Below are positions 1-9,955 of a DNA stretch of 64,000 bases, piece by piece. Source of the DNA: Candidatus Multivoradales bacterium. Lineage in GTDB: Bacteria; Acidobacteriota; Thermoanaerobaculia; Multivoradales; JAHEKO01. The stretch covers positions 960,001-1,024,000 of the forward strand of contig CBDCXM010000009.1 of NCBI GenBank assembly GCA_965223855.1, in the 5' to 3' direction. Under the pieces are notes generated by a model. The model was given only the letters and a program-made list of their open reading frames with translations, was not told the DNA's origin and ran no database searches. The position numbers and the translations under genes were made by a program. Every line of letters begins with the position of its first letter. Within the stretch, counting starts at the first letter, position 1.

Positions 1-184
1 GCGGCGGCCAACGGCGCGCCAGCTTGCGGAAGCGGTCGACGTCGCTCGCGGCGAGGGGCTTCGCCCGCCACTGGTTCTGATTGCGGGTGAAGAGCTGCAC
101 CGCGCCGCAATCGAGCTCGGCGGCCCGTTCGAGGGCACGCCACACCCCGCCCGCGGCCGAGGTGTGCGCTCCGAGATTGTCCAA
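1..184 (-). CDS. nfo: Endonuclease IV (AP endonuclease), 5' part; runs off the window start
   Basis: Not in the ORF track. Minus strand from TTG at 184 translates as MDNLGAHTSAAGGVWRALERAAELDCGAVQLFTRNQNQWRAKPL, the typical Nfo N-terminus (GAHxSxAGG...QxF..N..QW..KPL). Start codon uncertain. Confidence 0.85.
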   Translation of the reverse strand, partial: MDNLGAHTSAAGGVWRALERAAELDCGAVQLFTRNQNQWRAKPLAASDVDRFRKLARRWPP

Positions 185-201
185 CGGCGGGCCGCGTCTC
201 G

Positions 202-2529
202 TCAGATGTAGCCGAGGCTGCGCAGCCGCTCGAGCTCGGCGGCGTCCATGCCGGCGGTCGGGTCGACCCGGTCGAGACGCGCCGCCTCCGCCTGGCGCCG
301 CCAGTTGTCGAGCACCGAGGAAAGACGCTCGACGACCTCGGGATGCTCGGCAGCGACGTCGATCTGGTTGAGGGGGTCGTCGAGGTGACGATAGAGGGCG
401 TGACGGACGTCGCCGTCGTCGACTTCGTGGCGGATCAGCTTCCACTCCCCCAGCTGAATCGCGGTAGATGTGTGCCCTCGCAGGGTCATCAGCATCTCGG
501 TGATGGCTGGCCGGTTCCACAGCGGCGCCTCGGTGCCGTCGAAGAGTGGCGCCAGCGAAGCCCCCTGTGCACGCTCCGGTACGGGCAGGCCGCTGAGCTC
601 GAGCATCGTCGGCATGAGGTCGATCGTCTGCACCGTCGGCTCGACGACGACGCCGGCGGGAAGGCGCCCCGGCTGCCACAGGAGCATCGGCACCCGGTTC
701 AGCTCGCCGTAGACGGTGTGGCCGTGGAAGTGAGCGTCGTGCTCGAGGAACTCGGTGCCGTGATCGGCGACCACCGCGACCAGTACGCGGCCGCCGAGTT
801 CGAGCTCGTCGAGGCGCGAGAAGAGCTGCTCGAGTGCGACGTCCATGCCGCGGATCGAGCTGTCGTAGCCGTCGAGCTCGTGGGCGACGAAACTCTCTGG
901 GTCGAGACCCGCCGCCTCGAGCTCCTCGCGCAGCGGCATACCGAAGCGCTGCATCAGCTCGTGGTGGGTGATGTGGGGCCGCACCTGCTCGATCCACCCG
1001 TCGAGCCGGTCCATGTCGCCCGGCTCGGAGAAGATCTCCTCGTCTTCGGGCAACGGCCGGTAGGGGCTGTGGGGGTCGGCGACGTGGAGCAGGGCGAAGA
1101 AGGGCGTGTCGTGCCGCTGCTCGATCCAGGGCAGCAGTCGGCCCACGTGCTCGCGGGCGGTCTTCGGGCCGAGGTCGTCGTCGACGGACGCTCCTTCGTG
1201 CATCACCTCGTACCCCTGATGGAGGGCCGTCAGCCGGCCGACGAACGGGATGGTGGTGAGAGCCAGCGTGGCGTAGCCGGCTTCGCGGTAGACCTCGGCG
1301 AGGGTCTGGGCCGCCGCCGGCAGCCGGTCGGGGATGTCGGCCACCGTGTGGGTGCTCGGATAGAGCGAGGTCTGGATCGCCGGCACCGAGACCTTGGTCC
1401 AGGTCGCCTGGGAGACGGTGTTGGCGAACCGCACTCCTTCGTCCGCCAGCCGGGTGAGGGTCGGTGCCGTCTCCCGCTCGTAGCCGTACGAGGCCAGATG
1501 GTCGGCGCGCAGCGTGTCGGTGAGAATCAGGATGACGCCGGCGAGCTCGTCGGGAGCGGTGCGCGAGCGCACCACCGGATTGCCCCAGACGCCGATCGTC
1601 CCCTCGTCCCCGGAGAGCGACAGGGCGATCTCGACCGCCGCGCCGTCGAGCCCGTCGAGCTCGAGCCACAGCTCGTTCCACGCTTCCGGTTCGGTGATCG
1701 ACTGCTCGATCACGCGCGGTTCGCCGCTCTCCGGGATGACCTCGACACGGAAGTCGACGGCGGTCGCCCCGGTCGAGCCGACCGCGACCTCGAGCGCCGG
1801 CGCCGCCGGCAGTACGGCCTGGTAGCGCAGCGTCTCGGGTGCCCGCGCGACGATCGACTCGCGGTAGATCTCCGACATCCCCTTCCAGCTCACTCCCGAA
1901 GGGATCGACGCGAAGTGCTCGCCCTCGAAGACCAGCTTCACCGACTCGATCTCGAAGCGGGCTCCCGCGGTGTCGGACGGCGAGATCAGCAGGTGGTGGG
2001 CGGAGTCGGCGGTGACGGTGCGCGGCGGACGCAGGACGTAGGTCTGCATCTCCTCGCCCGTGCGGAGCGGAGTGCGGAACTCGCCGAACGGATTGCCGAG
2101 CGCGCGCCCGAGGACCAGCGGGTCGCCGTCGAAACGCACGGTCAGATGGTCGCCGTCGGAGACCTTCGCCCGGACCTCCACCGAATGGACCCTCTCGCCG
2201 TCGGGGACGTCGGTCGGTCGCCGGGCGACCACGAAGGCCTCCTCGCCGGTGACGCTGCCGCGCAGCACCCCTTCGACGACCTCGAGTCCTTCGATCCCGC
2301 GCTCGGCGCGGAAGTCGTTCGCGCCGTCGGCGAAGGTCCAGCTCGTCGCCTCGTAGCCGGCGGGCGCCGGTGGCGGGCTGGACTCGACCACGGAGGAGGC
2401 GAAGAGGTCGACGAGGCGGACCGGCTGCCGTGAAGGCTCTTCGGGCGCCGAACAGGCTGCGAACACGACCGCAGCGGCGCCGACCGGAATGCTGGCGAGG
2501 CGCGTCGGAGACGCGGAGAGGGGGTGCAT
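202..2529 (-). CDS. Sulfatase-like / alkaline-phosphatase-superfamily hydrolase, probable lipoprotein
   Basis: DTLRADHL, DPHSPY, ADHG and HGH motifs; C-terminal LRSLGYI; N-terminal hydrophobic stretch with FAAC lipobox-like site. Confidence 0.85.
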   Translation of the reverse strand: MHPLSASPTRLASIPVGAAAVVFAACSAPEEPSRQPVRLVDLFASSVVESSPPPAPAGYEATSWTFADGANDFRAERGIEGLEVVEGVLRGSVTGEEAFVVARRPTDVPDGERVHSVEVRAKVSDGDHLTVRFDGDPLVLGRALGNPFGEFRTPLRTGEEMQTYVLRPPRTVTADSAHHLLISPSDTAGARFEIESVKLVFEGEHFASIPSGVSWKGMSEIYRESIVARAPETLRYQAVLPAAPALEVAVGSTGATAVDFRVEVIPESGEPRVIEQSITEPEAWNELWLELDGLDGAAVEIALSLSGDEGTIGVWGNPVVRSRTAPDELAGVILILTDTLRADHLASYGYERETAPTLTRLADEGVRFANTVSQATWTKVSVPAIQTSLYPSTHTVADIPDRLPAAAQTLAEVYREAGYATLALTTIPFVGRLTALHQGYEVMHEGASVDDDLGPKTAREHVGRLLPWIEQRHDTPFFALLHVADPHSPYRPLPEDEEIFSEPGDMDRLDGWIEQVRPHITHHELMQRFGMPLREELEAAGLDPESFVAHELDGYDSSIRGMDVALEQLFSRLDELELGGRVLVAVVADHGTEFLEHDAHFHGHTVYGELNRVPMLLWQPGRLPAGVVVEPTVQTIDLMPTMLELSGLPVPERAQGASLAPLFDGTEAPLWNRPAITEMLMTLRGHTSTAIQLGEWKLIRHEVDDGDVRHALYRHLDDPLNQIDVAAEHPEVVERLSSVLDNWRRQAEAARLDRVDPTAGMDAAELERLRSLGYI

Positions 2530-2535
2530 CGCGAG

Positions 2536-2541
2536 ATTCTA
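2536..2541 (-). promoter_or_regulatory. Putative -10 element (TAGAAT) 6 nt upstream of the ATG; leaderless
   Basis: Minus strand reads TAGAAT-CTCGCG-ATG with no Shine-Dalgarno. Confidence 0.5.
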
Positions 2542-2867
2542 GCTCGTCCCTCTCGCGCCGCTGTGCCCCGGTAGGTCGCAGGTCGCTGGAGATAGGAGGC
2601 TTCCGCTCTACGTCGAGGAGCGCAGTACGGAAACGAAGCGGCCCGGCGATTCGTGTTGAACCCGGTCGCCCCGGAGGCGGACTCAAGGTTCGACAGCGGT
2701 CGTTCATCCGGAGCCGGAGACGACTTCGTAGATCAGATGAAAACCGCTGGAAGCCGTCGGGTTGGTGGTTGATTGGGCCTCCACCGACCCGGCGGCTTCC
2801 CCTGCCCTGGCCGCGCCTCGTTTTCCTTCTCGCTGACGGGCCGTTCGCGGCCTGCTAGCGTCGCGCC

Positions 2868-3986
2868 ATGTCGAGCATGACGCCTGTCGCCGTACGATGC
2901 CGCCGGCTCGCAAGACGGTTCCCCGCGGGGGTCTTGCTGCTGGCATCGTTGCTCTCCGGGAGGACGCTCACCGCACAGCCGATCGATCGACTCGGCGCCA
3001 TCGGTGACAGCCTGACCGACGAGTACCTCGAGGACAGCTACGACTACGCTCGTGCCTGGACCGAGATCCTGGTCGATGAACGGGGAATCACCTTCGGTCC
3101 CACCGCCGTCCAGGCGGGGCAGCCGGGTGGCACCTGGGGCGAGCCGCGACGGCGGGGGTTCCAGGACAACTGGGCACGCTCCGGCGCCACCACCAACGAC
3201 GCGTTGAACACGGGCCAGCACACCGGCGTCGCGGGCGGAGCACAGAGTCGCGACGTCTCGCACGTGGTGATCTACATCGGCGGCAACGACTTCTCGCCGT
3301 GGGCCGGCGCCTACGACGAGATCTACGATGGCGCGTGGAGCCAGGGTCAGATCAACGCCTGGATCGCCGGCCGGGTCGGCAACGTCGGCACGATCCTCGA
3401 CACCGTCGGGGCGACGCCGGCGAAGATCGTGCTGCTTGGCATCCTCGACTTCTCGGTCATGCCGTGGCTTCATCAGGGGGCGTACACCGATCCGGCGCGG
3501 CGCGAGGCGGTCGCCGACGCGGTCTCGCAGCTCGGCGACGGCCTGCGGGTGCTCGCTCAGCAGCGCCAGCTCGTGTTCGTGGATGTCTTCGCCTTCGGGC
3601 GCGCCGTCTTCGGCGACAACTTCAACCTGCGGCCGACGCTCACGATCGGCAACGTCGCCATCGACCTCGACGAAGTCGACAGCTCGACCGGCGCCATCCC
3701 GACCGCTGGCTTCGTCGATGACGGTGTGCACCCCAACACCGTGCTGCAGGCGCTGTGGGCGAATCTCATCCTCACCGCCCTCAATCAGGCCTACGACACC
3801 GGTGTCCCGCTCTTCTCCGAGCAACAGATGCTGGCGACCGCGGGAATCGCCTACGGCGGCGTCGACACCCTCGACGACGAGATCGGCCCGCTGTCGGAGT
3901 TCGTCGCCGACTACACCGGACGGACGATCTTCGCCGACGGCTTCGAGGGTGGCGACACCTCGGCGTGGTCGGCGACCGTGCCCTGA
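2868..3986 (+). CDS. Secreted SGNH/GDSL hydrolase with C-terminal FADGFEGGDTSAWS tail
   Basis: GDSL (IGDSLTD), GGND and DGVHP blocks; signal-peptide-like N-terminus. Confidence 0.85.
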   Translation: MSSMTPVAVRCRRLARRFPAGVLLLASLLSGRTLTAQPIDRLGAIGDSLTDEYLEDSYDYARAWTEILVDERGITFGPTAVQAGQPGGTWGEPRRRGFQDNWARSGATTNDALNTGQHTGVAGGAQSRDVSHVVIYIGGNDFSPWAGAYDEIYDGAWSQGQINAWIAGRVGNVGTILDTVGATPAKIVLLGILDFSVMPWLHQGAYTDPARREAVADAVSQLGDGLRVLAQQRQLVFVDVFAFGRAVFGDNFNLRPTLTIGNVAIDLDEVDSSTGAIPTAGFVDDGVHPNTVLQALWANLILTALNQAYDTGVPLFSEQQMLATAGIAYGGVDTLDDEIGPLSEFVADYTGRTIFADGFEGGDTSAWSATVP

Positions 3987-4067
3987 TCTTCGCGCCCGGA
4001 GACCGGAATCGCTTCCCCCTTCCCGGGTCGTCGCCATTTCGACACGCCGACGCGATAAGTTTCGCGG

Positions 4068-5921
4068 GTGATCCCGACAACAGGGGGGCTGTCATGGACC
4101 CGGCGCGCGATCGTCCTCGGCGCCGTCGCTGCGGTCACCGGTGCCGCGTCCGGGAGCCGTGCGACGGCCCAGCAGGTGGTCAGCGACACGATCCCGACGA
4201 CCTTCCTCGAGTCGCTGCGGATCGATCTGGTCGAGGTCGAGGTGTTCGTCACCGACTCGAAGGGCACGGTGGTGACCGGACTGACCGAGCGTGACTTCAG
4301 GCTTCTGGAGGACGGCCGCAAGGTCGACATCGAGCACTTCGCCTGGATCGCCCCCACGACACCGCCCGATGCGGCTGCGGCGGACGCCGTCGATGCCACC
4401 TCGGCTGCGCCGATCCCGACCGAGACCGCGGCCGCCGAGCCGGGCCGCGTCGTCTTCTTCCTCGATGGAGCGTCGCTGCCGGCGGCGGCACGCCATCAGG
4501 CGGTCGACTCGCTGGTGCGTTTCGTCGGCGAGGATCTGGACGATGGGATCGAGGTGGCAGTGGCCGCCTACGACGGCGCATTCTCGATGCCGCTCACCTT
4601 CACCGTCGGCCGTGCCGAGGCCCAGGAGGCGCTGCGATCGGTGGCGCAGCCGAGCGCTCTCGGACTCCTGCGCCAGCGCGAGCGGGAGTCGACGGCGATC
4701 GAGTCGCTCGAGCTGCTGCGCCGGATCCGCGACCTTTCACGGAGCCCGGTTCGCCGTACCGAGGTGCCACGCTACTTCGGCGCCGTCAGCCGGCAGATCG
4801 AGGCTCAGGCTCGCCGGATTCGGGAGCAAAGTGCGGGGAGTCTCTACGCCCTGAGTCATGTCGTCAATGCGCTCGGCACCCTGCCCGGGCGCAAGGCGCT
4901 CGTCTACGTCGGTGCGGGCATGCCGATGCGCCCCGGGGCGGAGCTCCACGAGGCGCTCTCCGAGGCGGTGCGCACGACCGGCCCGATCGACGTCGACGTG
5001 ACGGATGGCGAGAGCCGCGACGCGGAGATCGCCCGGCGGTCAGCAGTTCTCGGTGCGGTGGAGGAGGCGAGTCCGCGCCGCAGCCGTGAGGTCGGCGAGG
5101 CCAACCGCGATCTCGCGCTACTGGCGGCGCTCGCCAACGCAAGCGGCGTGACCTTCTACCCGTTCCGGCCCGAGGGGCACATCGGTGGCTCGCTGCCGGA
5201 GCTCGCCGGCGGTGCCGCTGAGCTCGCGACACCGCAGTACAAGAGTCTTCGCCAGGCGAATCTGGTGGACACCCTGCGGTTTCTCTCCGATCGCAGCGGT
5301 GGCGTGACCGCGGTCGGTGGTGATGTCTCGGACGTCGTCGCTCAGGCGCGCGCCGACTTCGGCGGGCGCTACTCGCTGGCGTTCACGCCTCGTGCCACTG
5401 ACGACGGAGAGATTCACGACCTCGAGGTCAAGGTCAAGGGACGCGGGCTGCGGGTGCGCCACCGTGCCAGTTATCTCGCCAAGCCGCCGGCGATCCGCCT
5501 CGCAGACCGGGCGAGCACGGCGATGCTCTTCGGCATCGAGGACAACCCGCTCGATCTCTCCATCGCTATCGGGCGACAGGAAGCGACCGATCATCCGGAA
5601 CGGGTGATCGTGCCTCTGAGCTTGCGAATCCCGCTCGGCAATCTGGTGCTCGCGCCGGAGGAAGGCGTGCATGCGACGACGGCGACCCTCTTCATCGCCG
5701 CCATGGCTCCCGACGGCCAGCTCGCACCGGTACAGGAGGCCCAGCTGAAGATCGCCGTGCCCGAGGATCGACTCGCCAACGTGAACCGCGAGGTGCACGC
5801 GACCCGCATCGAGCTGCTGATGCGCCCCGGCCCACAGCGGGTGGCGATCGGCTTCGTCGATCCGGCGACCGGCCTGACGAGCTACGTCAGCCGCGACGTG
5901 GACGTGCGAGCCGCCGAGTAG
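4068..5921 (+). CDS. VWA-domain protein, acidobacterial type
   Basis: VEVEVFVTDSKG..V.GL...DF..EDG start, GRKALVYVG, SGG..., YSLAFTP...H.LEVKVK..GLRVRHR.SY; RR-containing signal-like N-terminus. Confidence 0.85.
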   Translation: MIPTTGGLSWTRRAIVLGAVAAVTGAASGSRATAQQVVSDTIPTTFLESLRIDLVEVEVFVTDSKGTVVTGLTERDFRLLEDGRKVDIEHFAWIAPTTPPDAAAADAVDATSAAPIPTETAAAEPGRVVFFLDGASLPAAARHQAVDSLVRFVGEDLDDGIEVAVAAYDGAFSMPLTFTVGRAEAQEALRSVAQPSALGLLRQRERESTAIESLELLRRIRDLSRSPVRRTEVPRYFGAVSRQIEAQARRIREQSAGSLYALSHVVNALGTLPGRKALVYVGAGMPMRPGAELHEALSEAVRTTGPIDVDVTDGESRDAEIARRSAVLGAVEEASPRRSREVGEANRDLALLAALANASGVTFYPFRPEGHIGGSLPELAGGAAELATPQYKSLRQANLVDTLRFLSDRSGGVTAVGGDVSDVVAQARADFGGRYSLAFTPRATDDGEIHDLEVKVKGRGLRVRHRASYLAKPPAIRLADRASTAMLFGIEDNPLDLSIAIGRQEATDHPERVIVPLSLRIPLGNLVLAPEEGVHATTATLFIAAMAPDGQLAPVQEAQLKIAVPEDRLANVNREVHATRIELLMRPGPQRVAIGFVDPATGLTSYVSRDVDVRAAE

Positions 5922-5936
5922 CCGGCCGCGCCGAAG

Positions 5937-6665
5937 CTAACCGTCTTCGCACTCTTCCGAGGCATCGCAGCCGGCGATGAAGTCGAGGCAGATCTCCGGC
6001 GGTGCCGGCGGCGGGCTCGGGTCGGGCCGCACGTCGCCCGGGTCCGCGCACCCCTCGTCGTCGGTGACCTCGCGGGAGACGGAGAAGGCGTCTCCAGCCA
6101 GCGACAGGTCGCCGGCAATCGGAGGTGTGGCTTCGCCCGGCGCGAGGGTCACGGGGTCGCGGCCCGGGACCGTCACCGTCACGCTCCGCCCGTCGGTGCA
6201 GTTGCGGATCGCCCGCAGCTTCAGATCTCCGAGAGTGTCGGGGTCGAAGGTGAAGGCGGTGTCGGTTCGGCAGGTGCTCGAGGTGCGCCGGAACGGCCGG
6301 TCGTCCGTGACGACGTCGACCTCGGTGAAGGCGCAGGTGGTGAGCCCCATCCCGCAATCCTCCTCCGCCAGCTTCCAGAACTTGGCGGCGAAGACGGTGT
6401 CCTGGCAGACGGCGAACTGCTGGTTGCCGATGTAGCTGCCGTCGGCCCGGCGGAAGAGCGAGGAGCTGCTGCCGGCGGCGGGACGCGGCACGACATCGAG
6501 CGCGCCCTGGGTATGGCCGTTACTCGATTCGATCTGCAGCCGGAAGATCTCACCCGGGCAGACGACCGGCGGGTTGACGGAGAGCCGGATCTGAGGGGGT
6601 GAGACGCAACCGATCGAGATGAGCGTCGACAGAGGGAACAGGGCGACGAGCGAGAGCTTTCGCAT
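5937..6665 (-). CDS. Cys-rich hypothetical lipoprotein
   Basis: MRK plus hydrophobic stretch plus SIGC lipobox; AGGAG RBS upstream; several Cys. Confidence 0.65.
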   Translation of the reverse strand: MRKLSLVALFPLSTLISIGCVSPPQIRLSVNPPVVCPGEIFRLQIESSNGHTQGALDVVPRPAAGSSSSLFRRADGSYIGNQQFAVCQDTVFAAKFWKLAEEDCGMGLTTCAFTEVDVVTDDRPFRRTSSTCRTDTAFTFDPDTLGDLKLRAIRNCTDGRSVTVTVPGRDPVTLAPGEATPPIAGDLSLAGDAFSVSREVTDDEGCADPGDVRPDPSPPPAPPEICLDFIAGCDASEECEDG

Positions 6666-6719
6666 GGGGCAACTCCTTTCGATGGAGTTGGCGACTCGTC
6701 GCGTCGTTCCACAACAGAT

Positions 6720-8135
6720 TCAAGCCGATGCGCCTTCGCCTTCCGGGAGATCGCCTCCCAGCAGCTCGGCTACCCGGAGTCGGGTCTCGCGCCGTTCGTG
6801 GAGCGAGTGGCTCAGACCGGAGGTTCTCTCGTCGGTTTCGACTCGCAGCGTCTCGACGGTGGCACTCGCACCGGCCGGCACCGGTTCGACCTCCACGGCC
6901 ACCAGACCGGCGTAGCGCAACACGGCGCCTCCCGTAGCGAAGCGCAGCGCCAGCGTACCGACGTGCACGGAGAGCGGTGCGACGACGGCGACGATCAGAG
7001 CTCCGACGAGGACGAATCCGATGCCGACACCCATGATCGCTTCGATGATGTAGACCCACCAGGGGTCGAAGCCGTCTCCTGCAAGGAGGTCCCAACCGAG
7101 GCGACCCAGCGCCACTGCGATCCACAGGGCGACGACGAAAAAGAAGCCCAGCCGCTTCTCTCCGAGTTCGAGCAGTCGGCCCAACCCGCCGACAAGTCCG
7201 CCGGCTGTCAACTGTGACAGGCACCGGTCGATCGTCTGCGCGAGGGCGATTCCCAGGCTCGCCTCGTCGCCGGGCGTTCGCAGTGCATGGAACCGCCCGG
7301 GCATCCGATGGTAGCGATCCGGGGCGAGCAGTCTGGTGAGGCCTTCGTGCGGGCGAAGCGCCCAGTGGGGAGCGAACCTGCCGAGCAGGACAAGGGCAAC
7401 GACTACCGCCAGGGTGAGGTAGGCGATGAGACCTCCGAACTCGTCACGCTGCCACGCCCAGACAGTGGCCGAAGCGGCAATCCAGGCGGCAACGAGGGAG
7501 GGCAGCAGATCGGCCAGCGCTCGCGCCGCGGCGCCGGAGCGCCGGACGACCCATGGATAGGCCAGAAGCAGGGCACCGGCGGGCAGCCAGATCCAGCGAC
7601 TCCAACTCTCGTCCAGGGTCCAGGCGTGAAGGGAGGACGCGGCCAGCAGGCAAGCGACGAGGATGAAGAAGAAGCGGGCGCCCGAGACGAAGCGCATCAG
7701 CATCTCCGCCCGACTCGCCTTGAGCTGCCTCAGCGCCGCGAAGGGGGTGCCGAGGGTGACGAGCGCGACCGGGTTGCGAGGGAGTGCTGCGCCGCATGCC
7801 AGGGCATCGAAGGCGACCGTGCCGCCGTGGCTGTGAGCGACGATCGCATGCTCGGTGGCGCCGTCGTTCTCCATCTCGGCCGTGAGCTCTTCGCGGAGCC
7901 GCGCTGCCGCCTCGTGACGGGCGACGAACGAGTTCTCGCCCGACCATTCGAACGGTCTGAACTCGAGCGGCCGATCCGCCGCCTCACCGACCTCCCGGCA
8001 GAAGTCGGACCCCGGTCGGAACCACGGCAGGGGGAAGCGTTTCGGGTCGGCCTCGTGGCGCCGCTCCCACCGCTCGCGGCCCCCGAGGCCGTACGCCCAG
8101 GTCCCGTGCACGAGGTGGACGATCAGCGGTCTCAT
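6720..8135 (-). CDS. Membrane-embedded alpha/beta-hydrolase-fold protein
   Basis: VHGT, AHSHGG nucleophile elbow, TLGTPF; several predicted TM segments. Confidence 0.7.
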   Translation of the reverse strand: MRPLIVHLVHGTWAYGLGGRERWERRHEADPKRFPLPWFRPGSDFCREVGEAADRPLEFRPFEWSGENSFVARHEAAARLREELTAEMENDGATEHAIVAHSHGGTVAFDALACGAALPRNPVALVTLGTPFAALRQLKASRAEMLMRFVSGARFFFILVACLLAASSLHAWTLDESWSRWIWLPAGALLLAYPWVVRRSGAAARALADLLPSLVAAWIAASATVWAWQRDEFGGLIAYLTLAVVVALVLLGRFAPHWALRPHEGLTRLLAPDRYHRMPGRFHALRTPGDEASLGIALAQTIDRCLSQLTAGGLVGGLGRLLELGEKRLGFFFVVALWIAVALGRLGWDLLAGDGFDPWWVYIIEAIMGVGIGFVLVGALIVAVVAPLSVHVGTLALRFATGGAVLRYAGLVAVEVEPVPAGASATVETLRVETDERTSGLSHSLHERRETRLRVAELLGGDLPEGEGASA

Positions 8136-8139
8136 ACGG

Positions 8140-9879
8140 TCAGTAGCGCCAGCTCGTCAGGTCCGCCCCTTCGGGAGCGCTCGCCTCGATCCGTTCGAGG
8201 ATCTTCGGCAGGTACATCGTGTTGTAGCGCAGCCGCGAGATGTGGTTCCCGTTCTCGTGATCGCCGTTCCAGCAGTGCTCGGCGCGGTCGCCGTAGTCGA
8301 CCTCGCCGGCGTAGTAGGGGTCGGTGGTCGACTCGAGGAACTCCTCCACCAGGTAGACGGCGTTGTTGAGGTAGAAGTTGTCCATGTCGCCGCAATAGAG
8401 GTGGATCTTGCCGACCAGGTCGGGGCCGATCTCGGACCAGTTCTCCCGCAGCACCAGGCCGAGGTCGTACTTCTTCCAGTGCTCGGCGACCTCGCGATCG
8501 ATCTCGCCCGTGAGCTTGTTCCACAACCGCTTCGGGTAACCGTCCTCCCCGACCGGCGAGTAGACCGCCTCCCAGATGTCGAACTGGTCGCCGGAGCGGG
8601 TCTTCGTCCCCTTGGCGAGCTCCTGATGATTGAAGCCGGCGAGCGTCGCCGTGACGTTGCCGAGATAGTCGCGAATTCCGGGGCGCTCGACCCGGGTGAA
8701 AGGGCCGTCCTCGTAGTAGAGGTTGTCGTCCTCGTAGATGTCGACCAGCATGAAGGCGCGGAAGTCGATCGGGTCGGGGCAGGCGGCGAAGGCGCCGTTG
8801 TACTCGGTCGGGTAGAAGACCTGCGCCGCGAGTGCCTCCCAGCCGCCGGTCGAGCCGCCGTAGAGGAAGCGCGCCCAACCCTCGCCGAGGCCGCGGAAGC
8901 GGCGCTCGATCTCCGGGATCAGCTCATAGGTGATCGCATCGCCGTAGGGGCCGACGTTGGCCGAGTTGACGGCGTAGGAGTCGTCGTAGAACGGGTTCGG
9001 ATGCTGGATCTGGACGATCAGCACCCGGGGGAAGCCGTCGCCGGTCCACCGGCGGTAGAAGTCGTACGCCTCCTGCTGCTGGATGCGGTTGTAGCAGTCG
9101 ACGTCGAAGCGCTCGCTGTAGGCGCACTCGAGATCGGGCTCGGGCGGCGTGGTGCGAAACCCGCCGAAGTCGGACGGGAAGTGGCCGTGGAAGATCATCA
9201 GCGGATAGCGCGCCTCGGGGTGTTCGTCGAACCCCTCGGGCACCAGCACGTGGGCGCCGAGCTCCATGTCTCGTCCCCAGAACTCCGACAGGAGCTCCGA
9301 GCGCATGCGCAGGTGGCGCACGTACTTGGTGTCCTTCGGTGGCTCGATCGGCGGGATCTCGCGGTCGAGCTCCAGGGTCGGGTTGTCCTCGCCGCCGGTC
9401 CCGAGCTCGAGCCATCGTGGAGTCGAGTAGAGGTTGCCGGGGGCGCGGTTCCACTGCTGCCCTTCGCCGCGGTCCATCGGCAGCTTGACGACGTGGCCGT
9501 CGGAGCGGTGGAAGGTCTCGTAGCGGTGCAACAGCGCCTGCACCCGGTAGCGCCCGGCCGGCAGATCGCCGAGGCGGGATACCGGGTAGCCGAAGGTGTC
9601 GCCGTCGAAGACGACCGTCGCACCCGGTGCGGCTCCTTCGACATCGACGCCGAAGACCTGCATCGTCGTCGTCGCGTTCCATCCGATCTGGAAACGCGGC
9701 TCGGCGTCGTCGTTGGTGGAGACGAGCAGCAGCATCCGCCCGTCGACCGGCCTGTCGATCTGGCTGTCTGTCGGGCCGGGCTCCGAGGCCGGCAGTCGCA
9801 CCGCGATCTCGGTAGCAAGCGCGACAGCCGGCGCCAGCAGGATGAGTACGGCGAGCGCGCCTCGCGACGAAACCTTCAT
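8140..9879 (-). CDS. Secreted putative esterase (alpha/beta hydrolase)
   Basis: Signal peptide, GGSTGGW elbow, GGAGGAG RBS, strong GC3 codon bias. Confidence 0.75.
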   Translation of the reverse strand: MKVSSRGALAVLILLAPAVALATEIAVRLPASEPGPTDSQIDRPVDGRMLLLVSTNDDAEPRFQIGWNATTTMQVFGVDVEGAAPGATVVFDGDTFGYPVSRLGDLPAGRYRVQALLHRYETFHRSDGHVVKLPMDRGEGQQWNRAPGNLYSTPRWLELGTGGEDNPTLELDREIPPIEPPKDTKYVRHLRMRSELLSEFWGRDMELGAHVLVPEGFDEHPEARYPLMIFHGHFPSDFGGFRTTPPEPDLECAYSERFDVDCYNRIQQQEAYDFYRRWTGDGFPRVLIVQIQHPNPFYDDSYAVNSANVGPYGDAITYELIPEIERRFRGLGEGWARFLYGGSTGGWEALAAQVFYPTEYNGAFAACPDPIDFRAFMLVDIYEDDNLYYEDGPFTRVERPGIRDYLGNVTATLAGFNHQELAKGTKTRSGDQFDIWEAVYSPVGEDGYPKRLWNKLTGEIDREVAEHWKKYDLGLVLRENWSEIGPDLVGKIHLYCGDMDNFYLNNAVYLVEEFLESTTDPYYAGEVDYGDRAEHCWNGDHENGNHISRLRYNTMYLPKILERIEASAPEGADLTSWRY

Positions 9880-9955
9880 GGCATCTCCTCCGGGGGAAGT
9901 GAGGCCACATGGTACCGCTGCGGGGCGTCGGTCCCGCCGCCGGATGCCTTACCGA

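Noticed and set aside
343-2433. 696-aa plus-strand ORF, and similar long antisense ORFs (8242-10065, 17958-19850, 30865-33936, 47841-49544, 52648-55749)
   Set aside because: Shadow frames opposite motif-bearing genes; expected from high GC3 codon bias; no recognisable motifs.
5905-5925. GCCGAGTAG gene end as another cassette repeat copy
   Set aside because: Only the Glu-stop codons match; the upstream part of the consensus is absent.
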